The translations under genes were made by a program, and so were the position numbers. The notes beneath the pieces are model-generated. The model did no database searches, had not been told where the DNA came from, and saw nothing but the letters and a program-made list of their open reading frames with translations. Shown piece after piece: positions 1-12,846 of a stretch of 64,000 bases of DNA. The stretch is from the NCBI GenBank assembly GCA_017499595.2, contig CM039006.1:558001-622000 (forward strand). Reading direction: 5' to 3'. Within the stretch, counting starts at the first letter, position 1. Each line of letters opens with the position of its first letter. The DNA is from Psilocybe cubensis. Taxonomy: Eukaryota.

Positions 1-651
1 TACAACAAACTGCAAAGGAGAATAATTCTGATGTTCGAATTGTCAATGTATGTCTATTAAGTCTCGAAACTCTTCCACAAGTTGACATTCCCTGATAGGT
101 CACATCGATTATGCACAAAATGGTTTCGGTCCCCAATTTAAAATTCGATGAACCTGCAGACTTCAATCTTGATTTCCGGGGGAAGTATTTTGCAGGTCTC
201 CAACGCTATGGCAAGTCAATACACAGTATTTTGGTGAAACTTCCAACCGTTTACCTTGATTATCATAGGCTACTCAAAGCTGATAATGTCTTTATGGACC
301 AAGTCCCTTCATCGACGATTGAATGCAGACAAGACGGCACCTATTACTGTGATTGCAGTACATCCTGGAGGAGTCGACACCTTCTCCCATAATTGGCCCC
401 TTCCCAAAATTACGGGATTTCTAGCCCGTTTGGCTATCTCGACCACAGATGTAGGAGCGTACACATCAGTATTTGCTGCAGCTGGGAAGAAAGTGGCGGA
501 TAACAAGCAGGTGTATCAAGGAGCCTATTTAGAGAACAAACCAACTGGCAAAATCGCGGAGCCGTACAAGGCAGTTTTGGACGAGGCTCTTGGAGATCAA
601 CTGTGGGAGACTACCGTGAAGTTTTTAGGAAATATCGGTGTTGTAGTTTGA
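1..651 (+). CDS. Short-chain dehydrogenase/reductase (retinol-dehydrogenase/WWOX-like), 3' part; 5' end outside window
   Basis: Spliced reading gives ..DVRIVNVTSIMH..RYGYSKL..(YxxxK catalytic motif across a probable GC-AG intron ~211-268)..IAVHPGGVDT..GAYTSVFAA..LWETT; stop TGA 649-651. Confidence 0.85.
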
Positions 652-845
652 TTCACATCTCCCATTTATGTACCCTCCCAAGTCCTCCACGTCGGAAAGT
701 CCTAACTGCAAGAAAGCTTCCCATCTACAGACCATCCCGACATCCAGGCAGGATCAGCGGTATCAACTGTTACCCGCTATTCAGCTCTTGTTTTCTCGCC
801 ATCCCTCGCCAATGCACTTCCATTTTTTCATTCAGGATTATCATT

Positions 846-1018
846 TTATGCATCTATCATCGTACAACTGAAAACAGGAAAGTGGCAGCTTACAGTCGCA
901 CAATTTTAATTCCACTCTGTAAATGCGAAATCACAGACAGAAAATCAAGGACTCGTACCGCCGTGCGAAGCGACGGCCTTCAACTCAAGTTATGCATCTA
1001 TCATTGTACAACTGAAAA
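846..1018 (+). repeat. 29-bp direct repeat upstream of RRF1
   Basis: TTATGCATCTATCAT(C/T)GTACAACTGAAAA at 846-874 and 990-1018. Confidence 0.8.
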
Positions 1019-1176
1019 TGTTCTAATATGTTTTTCAATCCTGAGTCTGCAATATTTAAGCTCTATAATTCTCTGCCGAAGGTTACCGAGTTGCTTGTTC
1101 CCAAGGAAATTGTCAAACATGAGTTTCATAATTGGAACCTTTTCTGAAGGTTTGCAGTTTGCTTTCCGCTTCTCCG

Positions 1177-2132
1177 ATGTTCTCTGCTGCTGTGGTGTTG
1201 CGAAATGCGCGCCCGAATCTAGTTCGCTCATTAATGTACACGACAACCACCATTGCAGGTGTCAAGGCTATCTCCTCATTGTCCCAATTCTCTCCCAAGC
1301 TCCTCAATGGCAATGGTCACCGGGGCTACGCCACCGAAAACAAAATAAAATCCACCTCCTCCTTCGTACCGGGGTCCAAGCAGCCTATCACCGACGAGGC
1401 AGCCCAGCAGGAATATGCTAAAGCAGAGGCAGCCATGAAAACTTCCGTCGAGTGGTTCAGGAAGGAGTGTGCAGCTTCCGAGGCGCGTGCCCTTGGACGC
1501 GTTACGCCCGCGTTGCTGTCCCCAGTGCGGGTCAAGCTCCCCGACACGGACAAGTCGGTGAGGTTAGAGGAGCTGGCGACGGTCGGCGTGCGGGAGGGCT
1601 CGACGCTGCTCATCACGTTGTATGACGAACATGTGAGGTTCATCCGAGTGCTGGCATTCTTTCCTCTATCATGAATACTCACCTTGTGATATTAGTAGTC
1701 CATAAAACATGTCGAAGCGGCGCTATATGACTCGGGTATTCCGGGAGTTGTCCCACATCGACAGGACAATCGGACCATTAAAGTTCCTATTCCCAAGTAA
1801 GTCCGCTACCTGCGTCCAGAAATAATTCTGATAGATATCTACTCGTCCATCCAGACCAACAGTGGAAGCACGAAAGGAACTATTCACAATTGCAAAACGA
1901 AAAGCTGAAGACATCCGGGTCCAAATCCGAAAACAGCACGCTGCCAGCTTGAAGCGCGGCAAATACGAGAAGCATTCCGTTGAACTAGAGGAGGTAATTG
2001 CTTTCGTCTATTTATTGTACTGCGTAGTATCTGATGCTTATTCAATTCCAGTTCCAGAAACTGACAGACAAATACATCAAGGAGACCGACAAGGTTCTTG
2101 CTGATCTCCAAAAGGCGACTGGGGGAAAGTAA
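1177..2132 (+). CDS. RRF1: Mitochondrial ribosome recycling factor (multi-exon)
   Basis: Basic, Ser/Leu-rich presequence-like N-terminus, then GRVTPALLSPVRV, LEELATVGVREG, IKVPIPKPTVEARKEL and VQIRKQH typical of RRF; three GT-AG introns; TAA 2130-2132. Confidence 0.85.
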
Positions 2133-2847
2133 CACTTGCTTCCATCTGCCACTTACTCCGACCCCTTCGAAGCTGTCGCTTATGCAAGAATAGTAGATTC
2201 CGTTATTTACAGGCATGTTGGATACATATAGAAAGCGGAAAAGTTGGGACCCCGATTGAATTTGTGTGGTATCATGAGATTCTGGTGATTTTCCGAGCGA
2301 CTCTAGCAAGATGGTATGCATTTCTAAACTCGTCAAGTTTCACCCAGTCCAAGCATGCAATCGAAGTTTACTTCAACAAAAATGAGCGAGTGCCATTAAA
2401 AAATCAAGCTGCATGCCAAACCAAAACCAAGCCGAATTGCTACGCGTAGCCCATGTTCTGTTTGTTTCTACTGTTATTCTGTGACCTATCGTGCTAATTT
2501 CCAACTATTTTCAAATATCAACTATCTAAATATCAAGATTTATCAACTACTATAAATGAAAGAGAATGGCATGATTTCGGGTGACAGATTAGAAAGCGAC
2601 GTCAATCTCTAACATAGCTGCACTAAAACTGCGTCTCTCACTTTCCATAGTTGTAGTTTTTTGAGATTGTCCACTTCCTTGTCATAGGTAGGTGTTACAA
2701 CAATATTACAACGATTTATTAGGCTGACTAGATACATAATCTAGAATAATTGAGCAAAGAGTGCGAGAGAATACCAAAAATACCAAAAAACAAAGCAAAT
2801 TAATAGCGATTCAGTGCATGCGGAATGTAATGTAGGAAAGGTATAAA

Positions 2848-5800
2848 TCAAAGAAGACGACCCCGGGCGTCGAGTCCAAAAAGATTGGCTGCAACGCGGA
2901 ATCAGTCTGGTTATTAATGAGGCAAAACGAGTCATAACCCACCAAGTTCTTTCACAGAAAGTTCTAAAAAGGGTTCATGCATCAGCACCGACAACTTAGG
3001 AATGTAAAAACCACTTACTGCCCATCTTCTTGGCCGTACCCTCTCCCAGACTTCCATCAGCAAGAGTTTGCTAATTATGTCCAATGAGATCTTGATGTCC
3101 ATGTATTGATATAGACATACCTTTCGTTCCTGCATCTTCAAGATGCGGTCTTCCACGGTGTCAGCGATGACGACACGCTGCACCAGAACCTTTCTCTCCT
3201 GACCCACTCGATGCACACGATCGAACGCCTGCGACTCGACCGCCTGTGACCAACCAAGGTCAAGAGATATGACGTTGTTCGCTCGGGTGAGGTTCAGGCC
3301 CACACCTACATCAAGATCAGGAACAAGAAACACGGAAACATGAAACTACCCAACTGACCTCCACATTTGAGCGACATCAACATGACGCGAGCCTTCTCCT
3401 TTGACATGAAAATCTGAACAGCTTGGTCACGCTTAGTTCGGCTCATATCGCCCTGATACCTAGAGTGAAGAGTCAGCATTGGCGCAGGATGACAAGTGAT
3501 GAACAGCCATACTTGACGTGAGGTATGCCTTTTTCTGTAAGATAGTCCGAGATGAGCGACAGGCATCCAGTCCATTGAGAAACGAGTAACGTCTAGAGAA
3601 CAATGAACACAAATACAGTGTTGACAATGAGGGCAGCGTACCTTTTCATCTGGATGAGCCCTCGCAAGATTCTGGAGCTGGTCCATCATGTACTGCATGT
3701 AAATCTTTAGTAGATGCTAAATGTGAGTCAAAGATATTATACCTTCATCTTGGTGGAAGGCAAGAACTTTGGCATAAGTTTGATATCCTCTGTTGGGACG
3801 TGTTTCTTGCGGACGCCGAAGATTATCTCCTTTTCTTCAGGCGTGTCAGGCTCATCATCAGAGTCGAGGATGATGTTGGCCCTTTTCTTGCCGAGGCGTT
3901 TCTTCAAAGCACGACGGGCGTCCTTCTCTTCTTCGTCCTCGTCGCTTTGGACGATGAAGTCGCTCATGTCGTCATCATCAGAGTCCGACTCGGCCGGTCT
4001 TGCAGTAGCTTTCCCTTTCCCCTTGTCCCTCTTAGGAACACACTCCTCGACGTCACTCTCGATGTCTGGATCAAGCTCCTTATCCGTGGGTTCGAAAGCT
4101 TGACGAGAGAACAAGGTGTTCTCGGAGATACCTGCTCGACAGACAGGGCCTGTGGAAGGGAAACCTAAATATATGCGCGATAATAGTGAATGGAAGATCA
4201 CTCACAAAGAGGAGCGTCCGCTGCCCGCTTCACAACGTCGCCTGTGATATTGATGAGAAATGTGGCAGTTGGGAATAGGTTGATACATACAGATACATTC
4301 CCGACAGAAGGAATGGGTACAGCCTGTGACGACAGCGTCGGTCATGGCATCGTAGCAGATCGGACAATCTTCTTCTTCGAATGTAGCTTCAGCAGACTGA
4401 GAAACCCGTCAGTGTCGCACAACGTGATGCATTTGAAACAAACGCACGTTTTTCTCCGCTGCTATGCGGTCCAAGGCGTGCTGCAAGAACCTCTCCTTCA
4501 TTTTTGCAACAAACTCTGGAGACACCAGACGGGCGGCACGAGTTAGCTCAGTCGACAGTTCGGGCTTCACATGGGCTTCTTCAGGGGGTACAAAAGCTTC
4601 TCCGCCTTCTTGTATCAAGGATGGGTGCGAGCAGATTTGCCGGAGTCGAAGCAAAAGGACTAAGACTTGGTGGTAGTTTCTAGGAGTATATGTCAGATTA
4701 GGAATGAGACGAGTAAGGGGCGAGTTACTTCAAAACAGTACCGGCCCGTAGGTATCGATTGAATCTAGCCTGACTGCGCGCTTCGACCTAACGCAAAGGT
4801 CAGCATCCCAGTCGAAGGAAACCCCGATATAACAAGACACACCATGTTGTAGATTTCTCGCTCTTCTTCGGAGAACTCCAACCTGACGAGGTCAATCTTC
4901 TTCTCTGGCAGTTCGATGAGATTCCTCCCGTCGAGTTTGGAGTCCTTTTTTCGGCGCAAGAGGAAGAGGGCCATGACTTTCTGCAGCCGTGCAACAGCAA
5001 GGCCAGCTATGGCAAAAGGCTATATCAGCGTACGGGTTAGAATACACTGCACAGCGACGTACGATTCTTCCTTTCAAGTATCCCGATCTTGCTTTGAAAG
5101 TGCGTCCAATCATACCAGGGCCTAAGCTTTAAGAACCTCAGCAAGCCGTATACGTCTGCGAGAGAGTTGACAATCGGAGTGCTAATGTTGTTGAAAGATG
5201 TCAGAATCTTTGCAAAATGCACACCGAGACGTTAACGCACCCAGTTAAACACCAGCGATAGGTGCTTTGGAGGTCAGTGATAGCCCTCGACATCCCTAGT
5301 TCGTAATATAAGCAATCATCCGTCAGATATTCACACGTTCAGTACTGACTAGTACGTCTGTTCCTAATATTCTGACCCTCATCGGCGATGATCCGGTAAA
5401 ACTGAAGGGGGGAGTAAGAGAGGCATATTATGGAGACGACAATAAGGAAACAATTGACCTCAACTTGGAACAAGATTCCAGCTGAAGCGAACAAGGAAAA
5501 CGTCAGTTGGTTCCACTCCATACAATAGAAGGCCTGGCCAAGAGGATTCTAACCTTGCTGTTTACGTTTATTGGAACGGTAAGTGTGATTGCACATCTCA
5601 TCTTCATCCGAGTCAACAATGAAATCTTGTCCATTCTTTTTGGCTTTAATTTTCTTCTTCATCTGGGTCTCGTAATCAGGCCATTCGTGCGCCATCGTCT
5701 TTGAGGTCATCCAGGTCAGTAAAAATAAGGCAGACGAAGAATCAACATCGCATACATGAAAGGTGGTTAACACAACGTCATATTTCATCAACTCTGATTT

Positions 5801-8310
5801 GCTTCGAGTCCTTCCTTGACCTAATAACCCTTATCAGCCCCCGCGGTTGAGGATCAAAAGCCAATGTTACTTACCATGGTAAATATGACATCGCAAACCG
5901 AGATTGGTCTTCGTCTCAATCTCTTGCTTCCATTGGTCCAACAACGCCAAGGGTGCAATGATAAGATTAGTTTTACAGGCCGGGTCTTCTGACCGATTCT
6001 GGATCAGAGTGGCTATCCTGAAGGTTGTACGTAAAATTAAAAATATCAAGAGAACGGACATTAAGTGAGGATCGACACAAGGTGAGGTGAGCAGAACGTA
6101 CATTTGCACAGTCTAACGTCATAAATTATAGTCAAAATGGGATTCAAATAAAGAGATAAATTCAGGCAGACCTTGCCGAGACCCATTTCATCTGCTAGGC
6201 AACCACCTTTCAAACTGCTCCGCTCTTTCTCCAACATCCATGCTACACCCATCACTTGATGAGGCATGAGGCTAATCTCCAAACCGTGCAGCTTCTGCTG
6301 TAGGTTTTGAAGATTGAGATACTTGAGAGCTTTGTCTACGCTAGCATTGCCATCGAAAGATTCCGCATTACCAGCTTCGACCAAGAAGGTTTCGATGCTG
6401 TGTTTAAGAAACCAACAAATATCATTGATGTACAGCCTTGACAACTAGAAAAAGAAACACATACTCGTTTGCATTGGCTAATGGGCCGACAAAGATGTCC
6501 CGACCACGACCGTGGTAATCGCCGTTGCTATCATGAGAATCGTCGTGTATGGGCGCCGGAACATTGATTCCAAGTTGCGAAACGAATGCATTTTCATTCT
6601 CCACATGCAACTCAACCTCGCTGTCCTCATCGTCAGAGTTGAACGGGCTGCTCATGGGTACATCCGTAGACGGCTTGATGTCTGGAATTGAGAAAGGGGA
6701 GGACCTGGAGCTCGAGGCTATTGGGCTACTGCGAAGGTTGAAAGGTTCCGCCTTGATAGGTTCGGGCTTTACAACAGATGAACCTGAAATATTGTAGCGA
6801 TCTCCCCAGCCATTCAGCGATGACGGTCCGGCATGGTTTGTGAATGGCTTGACCTCATTGAACCTATTGACGGGCTGCCGATCTATGTCCATAGGGGAGG
6901 GAAACGCGGTTGAATTGGTGGAAGGTCTGTCAAATTGGGGTTGGGGATAGCGAAGGTCGACGGGCTCGGGTTTCACCAGGAATGGGCGCTGTGCTGACTG
7001 CATGATGCTAGGTCCTGAGTAGATATCCATAGAGTGGCGAACATACTCCTGCTCCAGTGCTCTTAGTCTCCTCAACTCATCTTCGCACTCCTGAATTTTC
7101 ATAAAGTCTTGGTGGGAAACATTGGTGATAGGATAAAATTTGCGAAGTAGTAACTCTTGCCCAGAGATAGCTACACGCACGTTCTCCAACATACTTTGCG
7201 GATCTTGTAAACCATTGACAGCGTAGAGAAAACTCATATCGGAAGAAGAGCGAGACCCACTAGCGATGGGTGTGTTGGTAACTTGCGCCAAAGGTATTTT
7301 TGTAGCCGAATCTTCTGTTTTCACTTTCTTTGACGGGATATATGTTAGAGCGCCGCGTTGGGATGCGTCAAGCACCACCGATCTATCAGCGTCAAAAGCA
7401 ACGTCTGACAGGCGCTTGCGAGGGACTTGGGCTTCTTGTGGCTCAAGTTTGATACGAACAAATGGCTGTTCGTTTTCTTGTAGTTTCGAGTTGGATGATG
7501 AAGATAAAGGACGACTGATGGATTTGCTAGTTGGCAGCTGGCTGTTTGATGACTCTTTCTTCACAGGTCCAGTAGATATATGTAGTGAATTAGCTTTCTG
7601 GGAAAATATCGATCATTTAAGCGCCTTCTTAAAATATGATGATATCGCACATACCGTGGCAGATGCGGCTGATAGAACTGTGGGTTGTATGCGGTTGGAC
7701 TTGATATGAGATTCCTTGTGTTTGACGGAGGACAAATGGCTCTACGAAAGGTCAATAAATAGGGTGTTAGTGAGAAATAACGCGTCAAACGCGTGTAGAC
7801 GTACTCTATAAGCCGATAAAGATCCTAACCCATCTTGTATACCCCCATCTGGGGCACGTAATCGTCGACTCAGAGGGATAACCGTGTTACATCCTTCTTT
7901 TAGGCAAGTAACCGAACCATCTGATAACAAAAAGGGAATTCGATGGGTACACGCGGGTATAGAAGAGGGCGTACATGAACTTACATCCAATGTTGGGTTG
8001 CAGCGTCACGCGAAACTGTTATTGATTCGGGATGTCAGTGATATTACTTGCCTTAAAAAAGGCATGCGGAGCGCCTACGTGATTCTCCTCAGGGTATAAA
8101 GCGTGGTGACGCCGCAGTTCCTCGAGGTAGCAGTTCGGCACATGAGTGTCCTATAAAAAAACTGTTAGCACACTCACGCGTATTTATGGGAGCCCCTAAG
8201 GCCGGTCTCCCGGACACACGAAAAGGACTTACCGGTGCGGTTGTTGGAAGGCCTAGTTGCAGTTTCGCCGTTCCAACCAGGGAATTGGGAAGTATATGGT
8301 CAAGAGACAT
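2848..8310 (-). CDS. SNF2-family helicase with internal RING finger (RAD5/RAD16/ULS1-like), multi-exon
   Basis: Motifs GGCLADEMGLGK, IIADEGQNIRN, LLRLRQICSHP, RING CPICYD..CTHSFC..CPVCR, SLKCGGVGLNLTRANNVI, QAFDRVHRVGQ. Last exon NLFGLDARGRLL* ends at 2848. 5' exons traced by splice sites to ATG 8310 (less certain). Confidence 0.88.
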
Positions 8311-8965
8311 AGGATACCACAGTTCTGGTTGAGGGCAAAAGTCAGGTACATTTAGCGCACACCGCTTTTTTACTTATTCAACGTTCCCACGCTCATTTGA
8401 ACGCGACAACGTGATCTCAGTTCAGGGGAAACGCCACACAAAAAGGTTAAACAATGAGGTTGCTAGACAGTAGTTTTCGGCCGTCTAAATCTTGTTTTTT
8501 TCTGTGCCACGGTCCTCCAAATACTACCGCCAAGTAACCACCTCGTTGTAGCCTCGTTTTGCCTCGTTCTTGTGGCAATTTTGCTGCGATTTGCAATGCC
8601 ACATGTTGGCAGCATCCACGATGTTTGAATGTCACAATGGGGATAACACTCTTTTGTGTCGTCTGATATTGTCCTTTTCTATCTATCCTCGATGTTCCGC
8701 TAGAATCTAAGTATATTGTGTAGCCACTCAGTGGCACTAGTACGTTTTCGTTGATGGTGACGAAACAAAAACAAAAACAAAACAAAGGAGCTCGTAGAGA
8801 GCCATAACATAGACTAACTACCACATAAATCAATGAGCAAGCGCTAATTATTGCATTCTGAAACTGTGACGTTTCATCGATGCTTCGTTTATTGCCCAGG
8901 ACATACTTTCTTGATCTCTTCCCACCAAATTCCGAATGATCACCGAGAATCCTCAACAACTTTGT

Positions 8966-9150
8966 TTAAATGATAACACCAGTCTCTATCAAAATTTTTG
9001 CAGTTGTCTTCCATAGCTGGTCTCCGAGTGCTTTGTCAAACACTGCTTGATGAGGCTCCGCAATCTTACCAGTAGGTTTACTCTCCAAGATAAGCCTGTT
9101 TGTTATCTGCAACTCTCTTCCCAGCTGCTGCAAGCACTAATGTGTACAAT
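8966..9150 (-). pseudogene. Relic 3' fragment of an SDR paralogous to the gene at 1-651
   Basis: Reverse strand reads YTLVLAAAGKRVADNKQAY/ESKPTGKIAEPHQAVFDKALGDQLWKTTAKILIETGVII*, matching YTSVFAAAGKKVADNKQVY..ENKPTGKIAEPYKAVLDEALGDQLWETTVKFLGNIGVVV* with a frameshifting deletion; no upstream exons seen. Confidence 0.85.
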
Positions 9151-9234
9151 CCGCCAACCACCATAATATAGACAAGAAGAAATTGAACGAGAGTCCATGA
9201 TGGGTTTTAAAACATGAGGTGATGATGATCTGGA

Positions 9235-10902
9235 TTAAATCGCAATTTTTGAGGAGAAAACAGAACTGTAAACTGTTTTAAACACAGATGACAGACACGA
9301 GAGGTAGAACCGGGTCTTAGGGAGGATATAGGGGTTCAATCTTGACAAGTGTCGGTCCAAGAAGCGGAATGTTCGTAGATGCCAAGGGATGGGTGGTGTC
9401 CTGTATGATTTCCATTCCTCTGCAAATTCTGCAGGAACATCTTCCCATATGTCCCATTCTAAATAGGCCTTATGGGGGCTAATGGCTCCGCTGTAATCAC
9501 AGAGTTCCTCTTCTGGAACTTCCGCTAGACGTTCTTCAAAAAATATGAGAGCCTCCGATGCCGTGAATCGTTGACTGATATCCCATGTTGTCATCTTATC
9601 GATCAATGGTGCCAGAAAGTGAATCTTGGCTGCTAAAAGCTAGAGATCAAATTATTGGTCAACAATCTCATTTAATAATACGCGAAATGAAACAAAACCT
9701 ACGCCAAATCTCTGAGCAAATTGTACACCAAGCCCACCCACATCCAAGGCAAACGGATCATAGTCGTACTCCCCACCTGCTGTATCGTAGCTTAGATTGA
9801 ACGTGCCCCAGGACTCGTAATGGGGGAGTCGGCATTCCTTTTTATTCGCTGTAGGCGGAAACATAATCGAGATATCGTAGTCGCAGAGGGCGTATCGGAT
9901 TAGCCTATCCTCTCGACGCTCTTTACACCATACATTTATAACTTTGAAATCTTCATTTGACATGTTGGAAAAATGGCTTAACAACACGTTCTCAAACCTG
10001 ATGTCCTGGTGTTAGTGTTAGTACATGGTTCATCCGGATTATCAGAATTGAACAAAACGTACCCCGTGAACGATATTATGTTCGTGAAGATAGCTTAATC
10101 CCTATGTTGTATATTAGAAAAATGAATAAAATGAGGTGGCGGGAATTTAACGCACCTTCAAGCATGAATGCATGATATCAATGATTTCGAACCTATAGGT
10201 AAAGGAAGGACGAAAAAGATTCGACCCCCATCTCAAAGTCAAAACCATTCATCAGGTGGGAGTGAGGTACAGGTCAACGAACGGCCTACCTCGGCATAAC
10301 AGCAAACCAGAATCCATCATTGGGTAGCAAATCCAGGACAGGAAGGATGCAGTTCTCCTTCAACACCTCGAGGTTCTGTTGGCTCAAAAATCGTAGCACA
10401 CGATACTCGTCCGTGTCAGCATGTACAATTTTAATCGCAACATGTCGCTTATGCGTGTCTTGTGCAAACACAACTTTTCCCTATTTGTTTGGTTTTCGTT
10501 AATTGAAAGGCAGCAACTCTAGTTGTACTCACAGTCATCTCACGGGCGCCAAGGGGAGGTTGAGGTGGGCAACCCTTCCTGACATTGAACGTAATGTCGT
10601 ACGATGAATATGGATACTCGACATCAACAAATTCGCTGTCGGACTCCGGGGGGAAGACAGGATACGACGAGTCCGTTGGCAATGTTGCCCCCGTCGAATA
10701 GGTAGCGTATCCACGCCGGTACAGAGTGTATCCTCGGAGCTTAAACCATTCGATAGTATGAGGGGAGTCCCAGAACTCCTGACGCTCTGGATCGTCAGAA
10801 CCTCCTTGTCCTGCCTTGAAAGAAAATGTGACTTTGAGGGGAGGTGACTACCAGAATTTAGCAGCTTTGATAGAATACACATGAAGTAAGTCTCACCTCC
10901 AT
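9235..10902 (-). CDS. Protein kinase-like paralogue K1 (7 exons, apparently intact)
   Basis: ATG GAG micro-exon; exons give FWDSPHTIEWFK.GYTLY, GKVVFAQD..HVAIK, NCILPVLDL..MPRWG, YLHEHNIVHG|DIRFEN, YALCDYDIS, YDPFALDVGGLG, RFTASEAL. Confidence 0.85.
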
Positions 10903-11162
10903 AATAAAATAGGGCTTTTTCAAGGTATTGTCTTATAACTACAAGAAGTCTGCTAGGAGTTGAGCTTGCGTTGAACTTTGGTTGGACTTCGTATTTGTGA
11001 AATTGTTGATGTTGATGAGCAAGTTGATGCCGATGGATTGGCGAAGTTTGCCGAACCTTGCCTGATTAAAAGTCAGACAGTATGAGCCAATCGTGGCCTT
11101 GCGCCTACCCATCGAACAACGAAGAGTAAAATTAACAAGATTGGCTACAGGTTGTTTTTGGC

Positions 11163-12846
11163 ATGGAGGTATGCTTTTTTGATTTTGCAGTCACCGGTAG
11201 CGTATAAAACATCATGACACCATTGCCCATGTAGCTCCCTACCCTCAAAATCACATTCCCATTTGAACCTGGTGAGCCGTACGACAATGAGGAGAGATTC
11301 GCCTTCTGGGACTCCCCCGATACCATCCAGTGGTTCAAGCTTAAAGGATACCATCTATATCGACGGATATATCTTGGTTGGGATCCGGAAGGATTGGAAC
11401 TAGAACCAACCGAAACTATGGGGCCCACCTTGCCTCCGGACTCAAATGAAGAATTTATAGAGGCTGAGTATCCCTATGCATACCACGATATGACTACTAC
11501 AGATGCTCCAGATGAAAAGTACAACGTTCCCTTGCGTGTGATAGAATCAACTGTTAGTTGGCCCGCTTTCTTTGCCTTGACGAGTCAAATTTCTCACTTT
11601 TGCTTTACGGTCACACAGGGTAAAGTCGTGTTCGCTCAGGATTCCTGTAAAAGACACGTTGCAATCAAACTTGTACGCGACGACACGGACGAATACCGTA
11701 TTCTACGGTTTTTGAGTCAGCAAGACCAGAAAGCACTGAGGGACAACTGCATCCTGCCTGTTTTGGACCTTCTACCTATCGAAGGATTTTGGTTTGCAAT
11801 CATGCCGAGGTACTTTCCTAAAAAAAACTCAGTTTTCTAACCACATTTTTATTGTCAAAGATGGGGAACAGATATCTACGAACCTGCGCCCGGAGTTTTA
11901 AGAGAGGTTGTTGATATCATGCATTCATGGTTAAAGGTTCGTTATTTGGAAACTACAGGGCCTTGTGAAATCAATGAACACATTTATTATAGGGATTGAA
12001 GTACCTTCATGAAAATAATATTGCACATGGAGTCAGCACTTCCTGCTACATGACACGATTAATCGCGTGCTTACGTTTCTATCTTCATGCTGGCAGGACA
12101 TTAATAGGAGTAATATTCTTTTAAATCATTTTTCGGACGCCTACCTTTCATGCAAGCGGCGTGAAGGTCTTCGCCACGGCGGAAAAATTCTGTACGGCCT
12201 CTATGACTACGACTTCTCCGTTATGCTACCAGCTGGAGTCGACCGACGGGATTTCCGACTTCCCTATGATAGATCTTGGGGAACGTTCAATATTGTCTAC
12301 GACACCGCCGGGGGAGAATGTGATTATGACCCATTCGCGTTTGATGTTGGGATCCTAGGCGCAACCCTTTGCAAATATCATCAGGTATTTAATGAGTCAT
12401 TATTGGTTTTCATCTTGCGATCTTGAATAACATTTTCCCAGCATCTGGCACCTGTACTTCCGCTTTTGGCCCCGTTACTTGATAAAATGACAACTTGGGA
12501 CATCATCAATCGTTTCACAGCATCCGAAGCCCTGCAATTTTTTGAAGAGAGACTGGCAGAGTTCCCAGAACAACTTCTTGAAGTCGGCATACCCGAAGAA
12601 ATGATTACTGGAAAATATACGACATGCAATAGATGGGAGAACATTCCCTGCAAGGTGGTGGAAAAATGGAAATGTTACAAGACTCCGCCTGTTTCCTGGA
12701 GGCTAAGGATACTCCGTGCTTTATACCGTCTCACAGCTAGTAGGTTTCCCCACCTCATGCCCAAAACATGCTTGTTCTTTATCCGTACCAAATCGTTGAT
12801 CTCCCATGCTTACCGGTCAATATTCCCTTCCAAGATTGCAATCTGA
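11163..12846 (+). CDS. Protein kinase-like paralogue K2 (7 exons, apparently intact), divergent from K1
   Basis: ATG GAG|gtatgc micro-exon; HVAIK, YLHENNIAHG|DINRSN, LYDYDFS, YDPFAFDVG, RFTASEAL; same intron positions as K1; ends SKIAI*. Confidence 0.85.
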
